Assembly (NCBI GenBank): GCA_021613535.1
Contig: CP075495.1
Location: 1,984,001-2,048,000, forward strand
Direction: 5' to 3'
Origin: Adineta vaga
Lineage: Eukaryota > Animalia > Rotifera
Length of the DNA stretch: 64,000 nucleotides
A program made the position numbers and the translations under genes. Under the pieces are notes generated by a model. The model made no database searches, was not told where the DNA came from, and was given only the letters and a program-made list of their open reading frames with translations. Positions within the stretch are counted from its first letter, which is position 1; the number at the start of each line of letters is the position of its first letter. Below are positions 56,497 through 64,000 of this stretch, in pieces.

Positions 56497-56779
56497 TTAC
56501 TCATATACAAAAACAGATGATGTATATAATCTTCTTCTGGAAAAGAAAATGAACAGTTTTTGTTTTTATTTGATTTAATGCTTAATAGAAACAAGTATAT
56601 GTATATTATTAGTAGAAGAAGATGGAAAGAAAGATTTTCTAATTGACATTGTAATTCTTTTCTTTTTTTTCAACATAACAAAATACAAATAAAGAAAGAA
56701 AACACACTATTGAAAATCATGGAGAAAAAAAAGAAAAAGAAAAGACAAATTTGAACAGAGCGACACTTGTTTTTTCTGT

Positions 56780-58589
56780 TCAAAAACATTCGGTTGTTGT
56801 TGTTTGATTCTTCTTCTTCTTGTTTTCATTGACCAATACATGTTCAGGAAGAGGTTGTTGTTCTTCTTCAGAAGGTGTGGCAAGTATAGGTGGCCAATCA
56901 GGTGTTAGTCGAAGAATATTTTCAATATGTAAATGATGTGTACCCGTTTGTGATCGTTCATTGCGTGATGTTGATGACAAAGGTGCACGTTTGAAACTAA
57001 TATGATCATTTTCAATGACATATTCCTGAATAAAAAATGACAAAATTTTATGTTCAGATATTAAAGTTGTCTGTTAAACTTTACTTCGAACATAAACATT
57101 AAAATAAAATTTAGAATAGCCATTGCAAGAATAATTAATTTAAATTTTATATCTGGAATGAACCGAAGCTAAAAGAAAAAGAAAAAAAAAGATATATTTT
57201 CGTATGAAAATACTGACATCTGTCAAAAAAACATTTTCTATTAATTATTGTAAATGATGACATATTATTCTTTATCTCCAATACAAATATTAAAGTAACC
57301 TATTACACACGAAATCATCTATCCGTAGAGTTGTGATTTGATTTGTTATTCTAAGTTAATTGAAATGAAAGAGTATATAGACTAATGGATATATCTTTTA
57401 GGCATTTCATTGTTAAGTAAACATCAATTATAATGCAAACCTCAAAAAAATTATAAATTGATTTGACTGGTACGAAAAGTAGAACCAAACTAAATCCAAA
57501 TGTAAGAACAATGGAAAGAAGAAATAACCCTAGAAAGAAAAAACGAACGAGAGAAGTCGAAATAAATAATGGAACTTATAATAGTTTACAATTCGAAAAT
57601 ATTGAACGACGATATGGAGCACCACGTGAAAAGACAATTGATTCCCAGATGTATTGAAATGTCGATTGAAGAAACACAGCCGTATTGATATAGGATATAT
57701 AAATTTTATCAGTATTGAATTCGAATGGTTCATACCTGAATAAATTATATTAAATCAATAGTTAAAAGAATCTTTATTCTTTCATTTACCATGGTTGTTT
57801 TTTAACAAATTCAAAAGTAAATGCTTGAAAAGCAGCACATATGGATAAATGACCAATAATTGAAAAGAGTGGTCTCCTATAATAGAAAACAAAAATCAAT
57901 TGAGAGATGATGAATAAACGAAAATTTATGTCATACCAAGATATCAGTTTTGTTCGTGGTGGTTTAGGATCTAAATATGGATAAGCCACTGTTCGACTGA
58001 CTAAATTTGAAGGAAGAAAAAAAAAGACCGAACAATAGTATAATCATTTGAAAAGTTCTCTTATATTTAAATAGTCACTTACAAAGTAATACAAGTAATG
58101 TTATAAGACCCAAGTCAATGAAAAGAAATTCATAATCAGTTAAATTATTTCCGATCTAATTTACAAGAGAAAAAACGTCAAGATATTTTTTTGTTCAAAG
58201 AAATTCTTTCAATTCTACCGTATATAACATAATAACTGTTAAGAATTGAGTAAGACTATAGGCAACCATATATTTCACAACGCCAAAGGAAGTGACCAAA
58301 GCTAACGGAAAAGAAAATGAAATGTTTAATTGATGAGAATTATGAAATTTTACCTGCACGTCCTTCTCTATAGAAAGAAGAAGAAGAAGAAGAAAGAATT
58401 CATTTATTAATTAGTGAAAAAAATCCTTTCACTTACCGAATAATTGTTGGTACACATTCGATAGTCGGTGTTCGAGATGTAAATGGACTTGCAATCGATG
58501 CATCAGCTGTCGACAATGATATTCCAGCATGAGCTGCTTTTAACGCTCCAACATCATTAGCACCATCACCACACATTGAAACATAGTAA
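56780..58589 (-). CDS. P5B-type cation/polyamine-transporting ATPase (ATP13A family), 3' exons only
   Basis: [31 protein letters not shown]...[30 protein letters not shown]. No upstream exons found in the window. Confidence 0.9.
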
Positions 58590-60472
58590 CTAGAAATATG
58601 ATAATATAATGATCAAATCAATCATATGACAAAGTATCGTTCTATTGTTTAACAAAAATGTCTGCTGTCATTACTAATCAATCGTGTTAGAATAGTCGAT
58701 CGAAAAAGCCAAATGAAAAGAATCTCTAGATCTGTTTACAGATGATTGATAGTGCAGAGAGTCTGATTTAATGGATAGAACGGAAGTTTTTTTGTATTGA
58801 TATTGACAAATAATAAAAAAAAAAACTAAGAGGAAAAGAGAAAATAAAATAGAATAAAACAATCTATGAATAGAATCAGTAGAAATACATCAATTAGAAA
58901 TATATTTACTAGTAATTATCATTGAGAAAAGCAAATAAATCAACAACTTCTGATAAATAGTACATTCCGAACTACTTCTTCTTCTTCTTTCGTAAATCTC
59001 TTTCTAATAGTATAAGGTCTTTGTTTAAGAATTTCTAATAACTACATTTGTAAGCATATTCATCTGATGTTTTCTTCTTTTCTTATTCAAATATCTAGAT
59101 CTCCTGGGATAAACAGAATAAATGATCAAACATAACTGTTTGAATTAAATTGTCAAATCCGTTTTTTCTTCTATACATTCAAAACATTTATTTATAGAAA
59201 TAAGAACAATTATTTAACAAAAAATTCCATTAATATTCTACATAAGACAAATGACTAGAGAGATAATTCGACTATATTTAGAAGTATGTGTGTTTGGAAA
59301 ACATTTCACACGATCAAATTAATTACTATTTTGTTTAATCAAAACATTATAGAATTGATTTTCTTTGAAAAACATCTTTTCATAGATTCATTAAATAATC
59401 AACTAAATCTGTCTAGATTTCTTTATTCATTCTAAAGACATTTTGAATCATGTCTGATATATACGTAGAAATAGTCAAAAGAAAAAAACAAAACAGAACT
59501 AGATATCGAGTCATACATGTCACACCTATTTTTTTTACATTGAAATGTTATCATTTCTTTTTTTTTCAATTATGATTGAGTTATTTTTTATATCTGTGAC
59601 ATATATATATATATATACGAGTACCCATTTTTTAATTAGAGAGCAGAACGAGAAGAAGAACTTAGTGAGAAAGAGAGAAAGCGAAGGAATTAATAAGAGT
59701 AATTGAGTTTATCTCTATCTCTCATTTAATAGAAAAGTAATATCAGTGCTTTCGAACAATCTCACAATGTAAAAAAATAAAGAGAGAATTCCTTATTTTT
59801 TAATCATGTCTTGGAAATTTCAGGTAAGAAGGAAATATGTTTTCTTTGACAAAATTTTAATCGAACGAGAAAAACTTTGTTGATGAAACAATCTAATATG
59901 AATATACATAAACTATTTAGGTTCAATTCATTGTATTCAAGAACTATGTTGAATGATATCAATTCATCATCAATCATACATTATTTTATTCTTGTAAGTT
60001 TCTTTTCTTTTCTCTTGATAATATTTGTCACTATAAGTTCACAAAATGACGTTGATCAGAAAACGAATGACTCGAGATCGACTACAAATAAATTTCCGAA
60101 ATGAATTAATTCATACGGTAATGTCAGAAATATCTTCTAATTACATACATTTTTAAGTTCTTAAGCATATGTAAAAATCTATGTTGAGTTTACTTGATAA
60201 TTGACGTTTCTTTTTTTTCCTCTATTTGCTAACACCTCTATAGAATTGATTGTCTCTGTTGCGTTTTGCTCTAGGTTAAATTTTTCATGAATTTCAAAAG
60301 AGAATATTTTGATACGATAAAGTTTAGAGAAATTTTTGAAGTCAATTATTTATCATTTGTTATTGATTAAAAGAAAAGAAAAATGATAGAAAAGAGAACT
60401 TTTTCTTTTTGTTATATATATATATATATAATAGAAGAGAAAGAAATCTAGAAAATTTGTTTGACGTTGTAT

Positions 60473-60494
60473 TAATAATAATAATAATAATAAT
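60473..60494. repeat. (TAA)n microsatellite upstream of the 5-HT2-like gene
   Basis: Direct reading. Confidence 0.9.
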
Positions 60495-60787
60495 AGGATG
60501 AAAATATCTGAAGTACAATGTAGAAGAAAGTCCCGGCTATCAAGAGAGCGAACGAGCGAAAAGGCGATGAAGGAGAAAAAAGAGCGGCAAGAAAACGAGA
60601 TATTCTTCGTCTCTGTTATTATGAATCGTCAAAATGAAGAGGAAAACTAGGAGGAGAAGAAATGTTCTAGACGCCGTCTTCAATCAATGGTCGATCGACT
60701 ATACACTATAAACTTGTCTTTTTTTATTGTAATTCCGTTCATAAGACAAATCAAAACTTTTCTTCTTATCAAAAGACGTCGAAGCCA

Positions 60788-63700
60788 ATGAATCTAGCGG
60801 AATATTTCAATTTATTTGTAGTTTTCTCGTATTTTCTTTCTTCCTCTTTCAACTATTCACTTAGTCGATTTGCTTTTTTCCCTTTGATTTGACATATTCA
60901 GGCAACATCAACTTCTTCGACAACTGCCATTTGGATAGTTGACGAACAAGATTCTACACCAACAAATCTTGATGTTTATCAAGCTTCAGTTCGTACAATG
61001 TGGTATCGTTTTCTCTTAATTATTAGTAAGTAAAAACTTGCTAATATGACTTGTCTTTTTTTGTTTGTATACCAATAAATATAAATGATCGAGATAGAAA
61101 ATGGCCGACTGAAAAATAGAACTGTTTACATGTTCACTTAATTAAGTTAGCAAACTTCAAATAGACGTGATTCCATGTCAAGGATCCTTAAACAAACTAC
61201 GGAAATCTACATACATTCAAGTCTAATTCTAATTAATAATAAAAAAAAAAGAAATCCTATCATTATCAAAAGTGAACTTCTTTTCTATTTCTTCTATTCT
61301 AGTCATTTTTGTTACAGCCGCCGGCAATATTCTCGTTTGTTTGGCTATAGGACGAGAACGAAAATTACAAAATACAACGAATTATTTTCTTATGTCATTA
61401 GCAATTGCTGATTGTCTTGTTGCTATACTTGTCATGCCAATGGGAATGATTGCTGAAATAATTGGTAGAAAATTTTCTTTTATTAATTCAAGAAATAAAA
61501 TTGAACATTTTGTTTCAAGGTCATTTTCCTTTACCACATTATGCATGTATCATTTTTGCTACAATGGATGTTTTATGTTGTACATCATCCATCTGGCATA
61601 TGAGTACAATGTCTATGGATCGTTATTTTACAATTCGTTTTCCATTTCGTTATGGAAGAAATAAAACGCGACGTATAATGTTATTGAAAATTGTTGCTGT
61701 TTGGGCAATAAGTACAGCTGTTTCATCTCCCGTTTTTGTCTTAGGTATTGTTGATAAACAAAATGTTCTATCAAATGGTATTTGTGCACCAAATAATGCA
61801 TCATTTAAAATATACGGTTCAATCTTTGCTTTTTATATTCCATTTATTATTATGATTACAACATATGCATTAACAATGCGTTCATTACGAAATGTTTTAG
61901 TTCATAAACGAAAATATAATCGCGAACGACGTGTTAGACAAACTTTTCGACCATTAGCACAAATTATTAATCAATATGCTGAAATTGCTCATAATATTCG
62001 ACGAACATCATCTTTAACAAATAATCGTACAACAACCTCAATATCAAATACGAATACAACAGCAACAAATAATCCAAATTCAATTCTAACAAAATCACCT
62101 TTTACAATTATAACATCGGCAACAACATCACCAAATGATAATCGAACACAATTTTTTCCTACAAATGCTTCCGAGATGAATTTCCTACCAGACTCCAATA
62201 ATATTCAATATGGTACACTAAAATTAACAAGTGGAACAAATCTTACTAATGATTTACATCATCATAATACTCAACATTTAACTATAAGTTATATTAAATC
62301 GGGTGGAAGTAAAAAACGACGTGCTCAACAACAACAACAACAAACTATCAATGCGTCATTAAATCGTCCAACAAATGATTGTGATATGAGTACTGTATAT
62401 GAAATAACTGAATGTTCGAAATCAACAACGGATTCACATGATCTTACATTAATTACTGGAAATAGTACAACTGGTAGATCGATTGTTACGATAGAAGAAC
62501 AACAACAATCATCAACTATGTTAGAAGAAGAAGAACAACAACAACAACAACAACAAACTTCTTCTATGCTGACATCAACTATCAACACAATATCGCCACT
62601 TGAAGAAGAAGATGCTTGTTTGACGACAGATGTTGATAGTGGAAGTAAGTGTGTTTTTGACTATCGAAGAAAGATCGTCAAACTTCATTAATTCCAATAT
62701 ATTCATTTCTTTTTTGTCAAAAACATTTATCGTCAAGATAGTTTCTTATTTGATTGAGATAAATCACCTTGATTGACAAGAAAAACAACAAAAAAAAATT
62801 TCGATATAGATCACTGATAAGATTATTGAATTAATATTCAATTATTCATTCAATAACATGATAATCGACAAATTTCTGTATCAAATAGTGTTTTTCTTTT
62901 TCAAACAAAACAACGAATTGATTAGATTAGATTCGATCGATTAGCCATCTTTTCAATTTATTTTAGCTGAAGGACATGAATCAACATACATGCAAATAAT
63001 TCCTTCCTCATCAATTCATTCAAATTTACCTGAATCAATATCTCTACAAATGCCATGGGAATTTTATTTATCATCTATTCATGTTATTCTACAATATTAT
63101 CTCTTCATTTTTCCTTATCGATTACGTCCATTGGCAATTAAACCATCAATAACTATGAATACATTGAAATCTTTAACGATTCAATTACATCAATCAACAT
63201 CAACATCATCCTTAATTCCAATTCCAATAAAAACAACTCGAACAATTGCAACACAAACGTATTCAATTCCACCATTAGATCTAACTAATATTCATACATT
63301 AGTTCCAAATGAAACCTATGCATTTACTTCAATTAAACGACGAAAATTTCCGTTTAATCGTCCACTTTTACCATCATCATCTGTATTTACAAATTTTTTT
63401 CGTCAATCATCACGAACAATACATTCACGTCAAAATTCAGATAAATCATCGATTTCTTTATGTCAACGTTCATCACCTGCTTCTTCATCATGTCCATTAC
63501 GTCATCAATGTTCTCCTCCATATCATTCATCAACTGTTTTTCGTCAAATTGAATCGGAAATGGATCATATTCTTGCTAGTGATCATCGTCCTCGTGCAAC
63601 ATCATCATCATCTACAACTTTTCTTCATACGACCTATGGTCACCATAATCAACCATCATCCCATTGGCATCGACCCTTAAAACGTCGTCAACCTTATCAA

Positions 63701-64000
63701 TCACATTCATCTTATTTATTAACAAATCCACATCCCAATGGTGGTCGTCTACATCAAACAATAACTCCAACACAAAATACGAATTCTTCCGATTCATCAT
63801 CTGCTATTTATCGTTTTAATCCACGATTTTTCTCTCCAATATCGAATTCACATCATTCATCTTCTCAACGTTTAAATGATGAACATATTGTTGCTGCTAA
63901 TGAACGTAAAGCTCTTCGAGTTTTAATGATTATTTTTTGTGTCTTTGTTACTTTATGGACACCATTTTTTATTTGTACATTTATATCAGCTATATGTGAA
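60788..64000 (+). CDS. Serotonin 5-HT2-like aminergic GPCR (runs off the window end)
   Basis: GNILVCLAI..ERKLQNTTNYFLMSLAIAD, TM3 DVLCCTSSIWH...DRY, GSIFAFYIP, NERKALRVL..IF.VF...WTPFFI. The first small exon is tentative. Confidence 0.9.

Noticed and set aside
63309-63800. His-rich and antisense ORFs near the window end
   Set aside because: Alternative frames of the receptor's Ser-rich loop exon, whose true frame stays open to the window end.

Overview
Very AT-rich, gene-dense eukaryotic (animal) DNA with many short (~45-65 bp) GT-AG introns. About 24 protein-coding genes can be reconstructed by hand. The compact architecture plus non-metazoan-looking genes among ordinary metazoan genes suggests a bdelloid rotifer; this is inference, not demonstrated. 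Positions 1-8000 form a transposon-scarred accessory zone. It contains a CACTA/EnSpm-like element whose right arm carries an exact 51-bp-period array of conserved half-sites with variable spacers, a hAT-like terminus, and an arsenite methyltransferase (AS3MT) lacking the Cys206-equivalent catalytic cysteine. It also contains a dead paralogous copy of the DHX36 G-quadruplex-binding N-terminus cut by a MITE-like insert, and an orphan dynein-heavy-chain-like last exon. An intronless bacterial-type glutathione S-transferase follows. The rest is a core gene run: DHX36, membralin, a peptide-type GPCR, eIF1A, AP-3 sigma, an EF-hand protein, TCF25, BRE1, thiolase, FAM174-like, ARPC2, a degenerate Kv subunit (GYSD filter), UBE3B, a second HGT candidate, an EF-hand protein, an atypical Arf-like GTPase, a UBASH3-like phosphatase, an Ig-domain protein, PRC1, a Tudor protein, the 3' part of a P5 ATPase, and a 5-HT2-like receptor that appears nested in that ATPase's intron. 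All gene models are manual. Feature coordinates span the first to last coding base including introns, and family calls come from recognised motifs, not database searches.
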